Shown one piece after another: positions 37,522 to 45,433 of a stretch of 64,000 nucleotides of DNA; positions within the stretch are counted from its first letter, which is position 1, and the number at the start of each line of letters is the position of its first letter. The translations under genes and the position numbers were made by a program. Source of the stretch: an uncultured virus (IMG/VR IMGVR_UViG_3300009093_000038) (taxonomy: Duplodnaviria; Heunggongvirae; Uroviricota; Caudoviricetes); the IMG/VR virus record IMGVR_UViG_3300009093_000038; one strand, given 5' to 3'. Under the pieces are notes generated by a model, which did no database searches, was not told where the DNA came from, and worked only from the letters and a program-made list of their open reading frames with translations.

Positions 37522-37893
37522 TCAAGGTGGAAAATCCTGGCGGAGGCGCTTTTTCATGGCACCGGCCAGATTCGCGAACGGCAGATCGGCCAGCCACGGA
37601 AATTGCTTCGCGTCTGGGTGGTCTGGATTCGTTCGTTCGACCGTGGCCATGCTGTTCCAGGCTCCGGCCTTTTTTACTCTGAGCGCTTCGTCGTAAGTCG
37701 GACACATGACGTAAACGTCGCTCTCGTGAAAATGGATTCGGTCGGCGCTGATGCCCATGTCGATCAGAGCGGAGACAACATCGTCGTGAACGCCGCCGAG
37801 TTTGTCAGGAATGCCGCTGACATCTTTCATGTCGTCATCCTCAGACTCTGTGACGAATGCGATGATGTGCTTAATTGAGTCGGTGCTTTGCAT
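37522..37893 (-). CDS. Hypothetical protein
   Basis: Likely start at MQSTDSIKH; HFHESDVYV motif. Confidence 0.55.
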   Translation of the reverse strand: MQSTDSIKHIIAFVTESEDDDMKDVSGIPDKLGGVHDDVVSALIDMGISADRIHFHESDVYVMCPTYDEALRVKKAGAWNSMATVERTNPDHPDAKQFPWLADLPFANLAGAMKKRLRQDFPP

Positions 37894-38404
37894 CTTTCGA
37901 TCTGAAAGCGATGGCGGCGCGCCGCGTGGTTTCTTTTTCCTGGTCAGTAAAACTGCGCCAGGCTGCGAGAGCGTCTTCAAAAGGTTCGTCAATGCCAGCC
38001 ATCTTTTGTAGTTGCTGGATCAGCTCCACACCTTCCCGCTCCTGCTTTGTAGGCGGTCGTGCTTTGGGCGGGCGCGGCGGAGGGTCTTCAGGAATATCCC
38101 GAGGCGCTTCCTGCCATGCCGTGAATTTCACTCGTTTGACGTAGTCCTCATCAAAATCTCGCTTTCCCTTGCGATACTCTGCGTTCAAGCGGTTAGCGAC
38201 CCACTGGGCAACGTAGCGATCCTTGGCACCTGGGTTCAGCCCGACAGAGACCTCTACGAAAATCCGGGTGTTAATGCCAGGATCAGGCGATGAATTGACT
38301 GTGACGTAAATGGCATGGCCCGCATGGTAAATGTGAAAGGGCCAGTCCTTGGCTTCACTTAAGATCGCCTGGACGATGTTGGCCGCATCTTCTTTGATGT
38401 TCAC
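37871..38404 (-). CDS. Hypothetical protein
   Basis: GTG start after GTAGTTA. Confidence 0.6.
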   Translation of the reverse strand: MNIKEDAANIVQAILSEAKDWPFHIYHAGHAIYVTVNSSPDPGINTRIFVEVSVGLNPGAKDRYVAQWVANRLNAEYRKGKRDFDEDYVKRVKFTAWQEAPRDIPEDPPPRPPKARPPTKQEREGVELIQQLQKMAGIDEPFEDALAAWRSFTDQEKETTRRAAIAFRSKDAKHRLN

Positions 38405-38547
38405 GCCTTTAACTACAGCGTAAACATTTTATAGTTCAGGGGGATATACCCCTCTATGGCCGGTTTCGTTTTTATGCGAGAAATAGGAGTTGGGGTTTAA
38501 TGGTCGGCTCTGACCTCGTACTGAACACAGACCTGAAACTAAAATCT

Positions 38548-38922
38548 ATGAAAAAACACGAAACTACCGCTGTTGCGGACAAACCGGAACATGCAACTAC
38601 CGCTGTTGTGGATAAAACGGTCAGCTCGTTTGAAGCTGACCTCACTGCCATTGACAAGCAGATTGCTGATCTGAAAGCGAAACACCAGGCTCTGAATCCG
38701 AAAATCACTGCGGCCCTGGTGGAAGCTCAAAAAGCGTCGGCCACGCTCCGTGACAAAATCAATCCCCCGAATTCACCCACGCTCGCTGACTTGCAGGAAC
38801 CGACACGGGCACTGAATCATCAGATTCAGATCGTTCCTGTTCCGACGAAGGCTGAATCAAAAAAGGCTTTGGAAGACATCCAGGCCGCTTCGTTGGCTCT
38901 CCTGGGTGAAGTTGGCGAATAA
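38548..38922 (+). CDS. Hypothetical coiled-coil protein
   Basis: Start MKKHETT; duplicated HxTTAVxDK; followed by a hairpin. Confidence 0.6.
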   Translation: MKKHETTAVADKPEHATTAVVDKTVSSFEADLTAIDKQIADLKAKHQALNPKITAALVEAQKASATLRDKINPPNSPTLADLQEPTRALNHQIQIVPVPTKAESKKALEDIQAASLALLGEVGE

Positions 38923-38971
38923 ACGTGTGGTTCTTGCTCGCTCCGTTGATTCAGCGGAGCGGGTCTAAAAT

Positions 38972-39060
38972 TGGCGGATGGTGCAGGAGTTCCACCTGCG
39001 CTGCCCGTGGGGCAGTCCACCGCTTTCGAGGCGGGAGCCTTGGTACTCGGCCAACCATCC
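38972..39060 (-). tRNA. tRNA-Ser(CGA)
   Basis: Loop CTCGAAA, long variable arm, CCA. Confidence 0.87.
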
Positions 39061-39066
39061 AAAAAC

Positions 39067-39198
39067 TGACGGGCAAGTATCGCAGAGGATGTTTTAGCGC
39101 TTTACCGTTAAGCTATCCCGGCACAAAGCCGGGACTGGGATTCGAACCCAGAACTCCTCATTTTCCAGTGAGATAACCCTCCAACATTCGGCCCGTCA
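39067..39198 (-). ncRNA. yrlA: Y RNA, YrlA-like
   Basis: TGACGGGCCGA...GGTTATC; GGGTTCGAATCCC then TAGCTTAACGGTAAAGC; CTTGCCCGTCA. Confidence 0.88.
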
Positions 39199-39203
39199 AA
39201 AGA

Positions 39204-39343
39204 TTTGGTGGACAAGTAGCGGCGACGGTGTTTTAGGTGCTCTACCGTTAAGCTACTCTGCGGTCTGTGGTCGCAGAGCAAGGATTCGAACCTCGACAAC
39301 CCGCTTTATGATGCGATAACCATCATCCAGTCGGCCCACCAAA
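39204..39343 (-). ncRNA. yrlA: Y RNA, YrlA-like
   Basis: TTTGGTGGGCCGA...GGTTATC; AGGTTCGAATCCT then TAGCTTAACGGTAGAGC; CTTGTCCACCAAA. Confidence 0.88.
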
Positions 39344-39431
39344 ATTAAAAAGCAACCTGCGCTGGTCATCCGCTCGCTACCCATGTCGATTTTACGACCC
39401 AAAGCCTCGTCCGATGCGCGCAGGCTGTAAA

Positions 39432-39521
39432 TGGCGGATGGTGCAAGCTTCGCTCTTGCGCAGGTGTGACCCTGATCTCTGCCTTCCAAGCAGGTGCCTT
39501 GCTGGACTCGGCCAACCATCC
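39432..39521 (-). tRNA. tRNA-Ser(GGA)
   Basis: Loop TTGGAAG, long variable arm, CCA. Confidence 0.87.
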
Positions 39522-39537
39522 AAAAAAGTTTACAAAG

Positions 39538-39625
39538 TGGCGGAGGGCACAGGAGTTCAACCTGTTCTGGTTTGACCCAGGCGTCGAGTTTCAAGCTCGC
39601 CCCGTTAGCGTTCCGGCAGCCCTCC
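39538..39625 (-). tRNA. tRNA-Ser(TGA)
   Basis: Loop CTTGAAA, long variable arm, CCA. Confidence 0.87.
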
Positions 39626-39668
39626 ACGTGGGGTATTGACAATAAATGGTTAGCTCGTAGTTAATCTG

Positions 39669-40130
39669 ATGGCAACCGCAGAAATTAAAGAAACGCAGCA
39701 TTCTGAAACACTCGCGTATCGGCTGTTGGAAAGATTTTCGTCCGAACGCGAGCAGGTTGAACGGTACACCGCTGTCGCTGAATTTTGTCCGATTCCTGCG
39801 TTTGTTGTAGCCCACGACGGCAGGACCGTCGTTTATGTCAACAAAGCTTATTACGACATGATGGGCGTCACACCGGAAGAAGGAAAGAATCTCCAGTGGA
39901 AAAAATCCATTCACCCTGATGACATAAACCGCGTGGTCTGGGAATGGGAGCACATGATCGAGACCGAGCAGCCGCTTCATTCCGAACGCCGGTACATTGA
40001 TCACACCGGCCACGAATTCAGCGCAACGCTGGTAGCGCGCCGGGTCGAGAACAACGGTTTTGTCGGCTTCATCGTGCCTCACGAAATCAGCAGAGTGGTG
40101 CCCTCGGCAGGATTCTCACCTGCAACCTGA
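39669..40130 (+). CDS. Stand-alone PAS domain protein
   Basis: VYVNKAYYDMMGVTPEE...WKKSIHPDD PAS signature. Confidence 0.85.
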   Translation: MATAEIKETQHSETLAYRLLERFSSEREQVERYTAVAEFCPIPAFVVAHDGRTVVYVNKAYYDMMGVTPEEGKNLQWKKSIHPDDINRVVWEWEHMIETEQPLHSERRYIDHTGHEFSATLVARRVENNGFVGFIVPHEISRVVPSAGFSPAT

Positions 40131-40171
40131 GTTTTAGGAAAACCCCGCGCTGTAATTTGCGCCACGAGGGC
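40096..40171 (-). tRNA. tRNA-Arg(CCT)
   Basis: Loop TTCCTAA; CCA; overlaps the 3' end of the PAS gene antisense. Confidence 0.83.
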
Positions 40172-40175
40172 AAAG

Positions 40176-40251
40176 TGGTGCTCTCGGCTGGAATCTCACC
40201 AGCGACATCCCGCTTAGAAGGCAGGCACTCTGATAACTGAGCTACGAGAGC
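40176..40251 (-). tRNA. tRNA-Arg(TCT)
   Basis: Loop CTTCTAA; CCA. Confidence 0.87.
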
Positions 40252-40257
40252 AGAAAA

Positions 40258-40332
40258 TGGCTCCAGGAGTTGGACTCGCACCAACACTAAACCGCTTAAC
40301 AGGCGGACGTGCTACTTTAACACTACCCTGGA
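40258..40332 (-). tRNA. tRNA-Asn(GTT)
   Basis: TCC start, loop CTGTTAA, G73, CCA. Confidence 0.88.
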
Positions 40333-40407
40333 TGGCAGCCCCGACTGGTTATGCTCCAATGCCTTTCGAGTCAGAGTCGAACGCGCTGCTGATTACGCTA
40401 CGGGGCC
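40333..40407 (-). tRNA. tRNA-Gln(CTG)
   Basis: TTCGA-CTCTGAC-TCGAA; CCA. Confidence 0.87.
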
Positions 40408-40416
40408 AATAATAAA

Positions 40417-40492
40417 TGGTCGGGATGGTCGGGTACGATCCGACAACCTCCGGGTCCCAAACCCGGCGCGCTGCCAATTACGCCACATCCCG
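40417..40492 (-). tRNA. tRNA-Pro(TGG)
   Basis: CCGGG-TTTGGGA-CCCGG; CCA. Confidence 0.9.
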
Positions 40493-40511
40493 CTTGTCAT
40501 TCAAAAATAAA

Positions 40512-40760
40512 ATGTTTACTTTTCTGATCATGAACTACGTTGCGCTCGCGGTCGCCTTTTTGATGATCACATTTCTCGGTCTCGACGCCACTTTGATCGT
40601 GATGATGTGGGGCGTCTTTGCCTGTATCGGTCTCGGCCTGATCGGCGAATTTATCATCACGCCGTGGCGCGACGAAATGCGCGAGAGAAAAAAGGGAAGC
40701 CCTTGCGTGCGCGACTCCATATCCGTGGCCCCGGAATCTGGCCGAGCTGATAAGCTCTAG
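40512..40760 (+). CDS. Small membrane protein
   Basis: Two hydrophobic segments from MFTFLIM. Confidence 0.5.
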   Translation: MFTFLIMNYVALAVAFLMITFLGLDATLIVMMWGVFACIGLGLIGEFIITPWRDEMRERKKGSPCVRDSISVAPESGRADKL

Positions 40761-40840
40761 TTCGCTGTGCATTACAAGTGGTCTGGACTCGCCGTCCTCC
40801 CACCGGCCCGGATAAACACCGGGGGACTTCTCATAACAAA

Positions 40841-40917
40841 TGGTCAGTGTGGTGGGCTTCGATCCCACAGCCTCGTGTACCCGAAACACGCGCTCTACCA
40901 GGTTGAGCTACACACTG
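40841..40917 (-). tRNA. tRNA-Pro(CGG)
   Basis: CGTGT-TTCGGGT-ACACG; CCA. Confidence 0.9.
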
Positions 40918-40925
40918 TTGAAAAA

Positions 40926-41000
40926 TGGTCGGGACGGTGAGGATTGCACTCACGATCTCCAGCACCCCATGCTGGCGCGTTACTGCTTCGCTACGCCCCG
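40926..41000 (-). tRNA. tRNA-Pro(GGG)
   Basis: CCAGC-ATGGGGT-GCTGG; CCA. Confidence 0.9.
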
Positions 41001-41003
41001 GAG

Positions 41004-41135
41004 CTGATGAGCAAGTGGCAGGAAGGGAGATACACCGATCAAAGATCGGCTGCCTTACCAATCGGCGGTCATCTCCACGAAAGAGATGACAGGATTCGAA
41101 CCTGTTATAGATAACCCTCACTTACGGCTCATCAG
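41004..41135 (-). ncRNA. Y-like RNA with permuted tRNA module that keeps an anticodon-like arm
   Basis: CTGATGAGCCG...GGTTATC; T arm, closed acceptor hairpin, D arm, CCGATC-TTT-GATCGG; CTTGCTCATCAG. Confidence 0.8.
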
Positions 41136-41138
41136 AAA

Positions 41139-41215
41139 TGGCGGGACTGACCGGACTCGCACCGGCTTACTTGGTCGTGACAGGACCCTGATTCGACTCC
41201 TTCATCTTCAGCCCC
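41139..41215 (-). tRNA. tRNA-Asp(GTC)
   Basis: Loop CTGTCAC; G73, CCA. Confidence 0.85.
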
Positions 41216-41221
41216 ATAAAT

Positions 41222-41303
41222 TGGCGTGAGGGGATGGACTTGAACCACCGACCTCCCGATGCCGGTTAAGGCACCAGGTGCTCTTTCACTGAGCTACCCC
41301 CAC
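41222..41303 (-). tRNA. tRNA-like RNA with extended anticodon stem, identity undetermined
   Basis: Canonical D and T arms and CCA; 9-bp anticodon stem with loop TTAACC. Confidence 0.7.
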
Positions 41304-41308
41304 AAAAT

Positions 41309-41394
41309 TGGTGCGCCAGGCAAGACTTGCACTTGCGAAGCCCGAAGGCAAGGGATTTACAGTCCCTCGGTTTTGCTGCTCCCACCACTGGCGC
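41309..41394 (-). tRNA. tRNA-Tyr(GTA)
   Basis: AGGGA-CTGTAAA-TCCCT, long variable arm, CCA. Confidence 0.9.
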
Positions 41395-41496
41395 GTCCCG
41401 CCTCCATCCAAGCACTGCGGCATTGTCTCCGTTACTTCGAGTGTGCTCTCTGGGAGACTTCAACCGTTTTTCGGACGGGGCGTGAGTATCTAAAAC

Positions 41497-41934
41497 ATGA
41501 ATATCACTGAAAATACCGGTATCGCGAATCTGGCTGAGGTTGAAGGAAATATCCTTCGTGGCGGCCAGCCGAATGCCGCAGGTTGGGACTTTCTTAAAAC
41601 CTCCGGTATTACGCGTGTGATAAAATTGAATTTGGATGGCGATTCACCGGATAAGCCCGGCGACGGCACCGAGCTGGTGAAGTGTCCCATTGATCTCGCG
41701 GATCAGATTATTTTCAGACCGAACTACGATCTGGTCATGCAGGCCGTCAACGCCATCCAGCCGGGCACCTTCATTCACTGCACGCACGGCCAGGATCGCA
41801 CGGGTCTCGTGGTGGGTTGCTACCGCGTGTTGAAGCAGGGTTGGACGAAAGATGCGGCTTGGGCGGAAATGCTCCAGCACGGGTTTCATACTGAACTGCT
41901 TGGCCTCACTCTCTTTTGGGAGTGGGCGATCTGA
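41497..41934 (+). CDS. Tyrosine/dual-specificity phosphatase family protein
   Basis: RGGQP and HCTHGQDRTG (CX5R) motifs. Confidence 0.9.
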   Translation: MNITENTGIANLAEVEGNILRGGQPNAAGWDFLKTSGITRVIKLNLDGDSPDKPGDGTELVKCPIDLADQIIFRPNYDLVMQAVNAIQPGTFIHCTHGQDRTGLVVGCYRVLKQGWTKDAAWAEMLQHGFHTELLGLTLFWEWAI

Positions 41935-41939
41935 AAGCG

Positions 41940-42018
41940 GCGGGCAAGTTGGCGCACTGGGTCGTTTCGGAATGGCTTAAGAGGCCACTGATGGCGATAA
42001 TCCAGGGCATCGGCCCGC
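41940..42018 (-). ncRNA. Small Y-like RNA
   Basis: GCGGGCCGA...GGATTATC...CTTGCCCGC. Confidence 0.72.
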
Positions 42019-42023
42019 TAAAT

Positions 42024-42099
42024 TGGCACGGCGGGTCGGCAATGATCCGACAACCTTCGGTTTTGGAGACCGGTGCTCTGCCAGTTGAGCTACCGCCGT
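42024..42099 (-). tRNA. tRNA-Trp(CCA)
   Basis: Loop CTCCAAA; G73, CCA. Confidence 0.9.
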
Positions 42100-42283
42100 A
42101 TTGAAATCGCTCCCGTTGGGGACTTTTACCCCGATGCGTCGTTGTGTCCACGGGAATTCACGAACACCACGCGTTCTGCCCGACGAGGCATCTGCTCGTC
42201 GGAATAAAAATTGTTGACGAAAAAGTTTTAGGCCCCAAAGTGGTGCCGCCAACAGATTCTCAGCCGCGATCCAGGGAGCGCGG

Positions 42284-42742
42284 CTAACATTTTTCCCACA
42301 GGTTGCAGCAGCCGCCGCCTTCGATCGTACCTTCGACTTTGCCGCATCCAGCCTTCTCGTGAATGTCGGTGTCGGGATTGTCTTTTTCTTTGCCGCCCCA
42401 GTATTCGCAGATCGCGCACTTGGTAGGACCTTCCTGCACGTATCCAGCCGAGGTCTTCGGCAGCAGCTTCAGCGGAGTGCCGCCGTTTTTGAAAATCGAG
42501 TCGCCACCCAGGAATGCTGCGCAGACGCCGTGTTTTGCATTGCAGGCAGCGGGGGAGGTCAAGAGGCATTCACTGCGATTGGCGTTGAAAAAGATGCAGG
42601 CCCCGCAGTGCGCGCCTTTTTCGTCGCCGATCTGTTCGGGTGTCAGGTAAACCGCAGCAGCCTGTTCGACTCTGCCGCCTTTACTTTCCTCAGCTTCTTC
42701 GCCTTCGCGAAGGCCGAGAATCCGTTTCAAAGTGGTATCCAC
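42284..42742 (-). CDS. Cys-rich protein with two HiPIP-like repeats
   Basis: CGACIFF...C...C and CAICEYW...CGKVEGTIEGGGCCNLW. Confidence 0.55.
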   Translation of the reverse strand: MDTTLKRILGLREGEEAEESKGGRVEQAAAVYLTPEQIGDEKGAHCGACIFFNANRSECLLTSPAACNAKHGVCAAFLGGDSIFKNGGTPLKLLPKTSAGYVQEGPTKCAICEYWGGKEKDNPDTDIHEKAGCGKVEGTIEGGGCCNLWEKC

Positions 42743-42755
42743 GCCGTAAATACGC

Positions 42756-43001
42756 GGTGACTCAGGCAGGGTTGTGCCTGCTTACTGTTTCAGTTTTTCG
42801 GCACCCGGAAGCAAAGTTGATCCTGGCGCTGCTTTGATCCAGGGACTCGTCACGTAGCATCAAATGCCGGACGTTAAGCTTATTTGCGTCGGCTGGCAGA
42901 TAGTCAATGCCGCACTCAAGGACGCCGGACCTACTCCAGTTCCTCGTACGACTGTCACTGGAAACCGAGAGGGATTACCGTCCCCCTATCGCTGAGTCAC
43001 C
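42756..43001 (-). ncRNA. Unclassified structured RNA candidate
   Basis: Closed by the 10-bp stem GGTGACTCAG/CTGAGTCACC; no credible ORF. Confidence 0.5.
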
Positions 43002-43144
43002 AGTGGAAAGAACTGAACGAGGCTTTGGGGCGCAGTGTATTCTGCCAAAGCGTTGATGTGGAGTTCATCGTCAGGCTGTGGGAACGCCTAGCCAATACAG
43101 GGGACTCCTTTTCCATCCGTGACCGTGTTTCAGGCTCGCTCAAA

Positions 43145-43270
43145 TGGTGGACCTTGCGGAAATCGCATCCGCTCGGCGCGCCCCCGTAGGGAAGCGCGCC
43201 TTTCTCTGGCCGGTCGCAAGCGGAGTGATTACCGCTGCCTTGATCGGTTTTATGCGCCGGATGAAGGCCC
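43145..43270 (-). ncRNA. Alanine-acceptor tRNA-like RNA (126 nt)
   Basis: GGGCCTT/AAGGTCC-A-CCA with G3-U70, T arm; no standard D or anticodon arm. Confidence 0.65.
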
Positions 43271-43279
43271 GAAAGGGAG

Positions 43280-43618
43280 GCGTGCGGCGGGGGTCGAACC
43301 CGCTCCCCCAGATAAGTGTCATCGTCCGGGATTTAGTGCGGCTTCCCTTGGCCAACCAGCCCTGTGACACAAGAACTGGCCAGTTGTAGCCGCCACAGCC
43401 ATACGAAGGTGCTGCTGCCAGCCTTTTGGGCCAGCGTCTTCTTCCCGCTCACGCCCAGACCAGGTCTCAGCTCACCTGGGCGCTTATGGACTTGAAGCAA
43501 CAGTTATCCCCACCGGACACCTGGTCTAAGACCGCCAGGCGCTATGTGCCGAGGCCCCGTGTCCCTGCGCAGAAACACAAGGCAAATGCCGTACCGGCTC
43601 AGAAGGATAACCCGCAGC
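43280..43618 (-). ncRNA. Unclassified ~340-nt structured RNA ending in a T arm
   Basis: 5' GCTGCGG can pair with 3' CCGCAcGC; GCGGG-TTCGACC-CCCGC; many internal hairpins. Confidence 0.5.
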
Positions 43619-43623
43619 ATAAA

Positions 43624-43702
43624 TGGTGGAGAGCACGGGAATTGCACCCGTCTGAAATTCTCATTGCAAGTGAGACGACCACGCTAAGCAGTCCCGCTCC
43701 CC
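43624..43702 (-). tRNA. tRNA-Ala(TGC)
   Basis: G3-U70; TCTCA-CTTGCAA-TGAGA; CCA. Confidence 0.87.
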
Positions 43703-44584
43703 TTAAAGTGTCGCGATGAACGCGTCGATCAAGTCTGATGAATCGGCCACGCATTTCGCTGCCGCTGCTTTCAAGTTGGCGATGTCATCGTCAGATGCAC
43801 CGTCAATCGGCAGTGGCTGGTCGAGACGTGGAGAAATGCGAACATAACCGCCTTTCGTCATCAGTCGTTTCAAAATGTAATCCGGCAGATCGTCGTTGGC
43901 GTCGAACAGCAGGCTCAGTGTTTCCAGGCCGGTGTGGAGCAGACCGCTGTCCACGAGTTTGTCCGCTGAAAATTTGCTCTGGGCCTGGCCGCATCCAACC
44001 GAAAAGATGTTGAGTGATTCGCCGGGCCAGTCACGGATGGCTTCAGCCGCCGCGCACGCTGCCGGATTGTTGGCGACGTTGCCGCCATCCCAGAGTTGTT
44101 TATTGTCCAGGATGAAGGCCGGGAAGTAGGTCTGCGCTGCTGACGTGGCTCGGGATACCTGCCAGAGCGCGTAATCGTCATCCATCACCGGCGACTTGAA
44201 AAAGTAAGGATCGTAGGAGACCAGGTCGAACGCCGGAACGAGCAGAAACTTTTTCAGATCGGAGAGACGGGTGTTGCCCAGGCGCGCCTTGAGGCAGTCT
44301 TCGATCTTGTTTGATCCGTAGCGGGCTTCGAAAATACCGTCGTGTCCAAAAATACGTTCGTGACCGAAGATCGTCGGACCATCCACTGTGAAAAACTCCA
44401 GGGCTTCAGTCGCTGACTTGCCGGAAGCGAGCAAGCAGGCCAGGATGCCGCCGATGGAGGTTCCGGCGAACATATCGAACATGTCGAAGCAAGCTTTGCC
44501 GGTGCGCTTTTCCAGCTCAACCAGGACGGAGCAGGGGATGTAACCCTTCATGCCGCCGCCATCAATGGACAGGATGTTCTTCAT
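43703..44584 (-). CDS. Patatin-like phospholipase
   Basis: DGGGMKG, GTSIG, SAAQTYF, DGG motifs. Confidence 0.92.
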   Translation of the reverse strand: MKNILSIDGGGMKGYIPCSVLVELEKRTGKACFDMFDMFAGTSIGGILACLLASGKSATEALEFFTVDGPTIFGHERIFGHDGIFEARYGSNKIEDCLKARLGNTRLSDLKKFLLVPAFDLVSYDPYFFKSPVMDDDYALWQVSRATSAAQTYFPAFILDNKQLWDGGNVANNPAACAAAEAIRDWPGESLNIFSVGCGQAQSKFSADKLVDSGLLHTGLETLSLLFDANDDLPDYILKRLMTKGGYVRISPRLDQPLPIDGASDDDIANLKAAAAKCVADSSDLIDAFIATL

Positions 44585-44600
44585 GTCCTATTTACGAAAG

Positions 44601-44674
44601 TGGTGCGGGCGGACGGTAATGCTCCGTCGTCTCAGCGTTGGCAACGCCGTGTTCTGCTATTAAACCACGCCCGC
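44601..44674 (-). tRNA. tRNA-Gly(GCC)
   Basis: Loop TTGCCAA; CCA. Confidence 0.87.
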
Positions 44675-44679
44675 AGAAA

Positions 44680-45033
44680 TTAAGGAACGATATGGAGCAT
44701 CATCGGCGCTCCAGGGTATGCAAATGAGATTGTGTCCGACAGATCGCTGTGGAGGCCGGTTGTCGGGTCCTGGGCGTCCACGTTGCACCAGTAAGTCATT
44801 CCACTTACCAGGTTGCTGACGACCGCATTGGTATCGGTGACCGGAACAATCTGGATGGCCCCGTTGGTGCCGGTGCCTGCCGGATTGTTCGTGTAAATGT
44901 AAACGTTGTACGTGAGTACCGGAAAATCGTCATTCGTGGAGGAGTTCCATTGGACATGGACGCTCTTGGCCATGGCGACGATGGCGGTGATTAGGATCGC
45001 TCCTATAAGCATTGTTTTGCGTAATGTCTTCAT
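44680..45033 (-). CDS. Secreted fibronectin type III domain protein
   Basis: Signal peptide; VQWN, YNVY, VSNLVSGMTYWCNVDA. Confidence 0.75.
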   Translation of the reverse strand: MKTLRKTMLIGAILITAIVAMAKSVHVQWNSSTNDDFPVLTYNVYIYTNNPAGTGTNGAIQIVPVTDTNAVVSNLVSGMTYWCNVDAQDPTTGLHSDLSDTISFAYPGAPMMLHIVP

Positions 45034-45055
45034 GCCCTACATACGCAGTCTGAAA

Positions 45056-45132
45056 TGGGGTGTCGTACGGGTTTCGATCCCGTTCTGCAAGTTTCACAAA
45101 CTTGGGTGCTAAGCCATCACACTCACGACACC
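45056..45132 (-). tRNA. tRNA-His(GTG)
   Basis: G-1/C73 pair; CAAGT-TTGTGAA-ACTTG. Confidence 0.88.
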
Positions 45133-45210
45133 ATTCACCAGGGAGCGAGGCTCGACCTGGGATGGAAATTGTAAGGGTACTGCGCCACGGTAAACATGGC
45201 CGCAGTACCC

Positions 45211-45234
45211 ATTTCAACAAAGAACGTACACCAT
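45211..45234 (-). repeat. 24-bp inverted repeat, copy 2
   Basis: Exact reverse complement of 22035..22058. Confidence 0.85.
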
Positions 45235-45370
45235 TCCTCCGGTCTTTTTACGGACCTTGCCCACATGTATTGCTGGCGTCTTCGGCTTCCCTCGCCTGGA
45301 CACCTTCGCGGTGGTCTTCACCAGATTATCGGCCTGGCTCTCGGCGCTTGCGCGCATAAATTCAAATCCT

Positions 45371-45417
45371 AAAAACGAAAAACCCTGCTATCTCATCGAG
45401 GTAGCAGGGTTTTTCGT
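45371..45417 (-). terminator. Attenuator terminator
   Basis: CCCTGCTA-cctcgatgaga-TAGCAGGG followed by TTTTTCGTTTTT. Confidence 0.85.
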
Positions 45418-45433
45418 GAAATTTCCTCGTGCC

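Noticed and set aside
42756..43001. Possible RNase P RNA
   Set aside because: Lacks the GAGGAAAGTCC and terminal P4 signature sequences
43703..44584. CBASS system suggested by a CapV-like patatin
   Set aside because: No CD-NTase nearby; a stand-alone gene between tRNAs
22035..45234. CRISPR array suggested by recurring short motifs
   Set aside because: No regularly spaced direct repeats; the recurring motifs are tRNA and Y RNA elements
45214..45357. 47-codon basic ORF between the attenuator and the first tRNA
   Set aside because: No recognisable motif or clear RBS; cannot be supported as a gene from sequence alone
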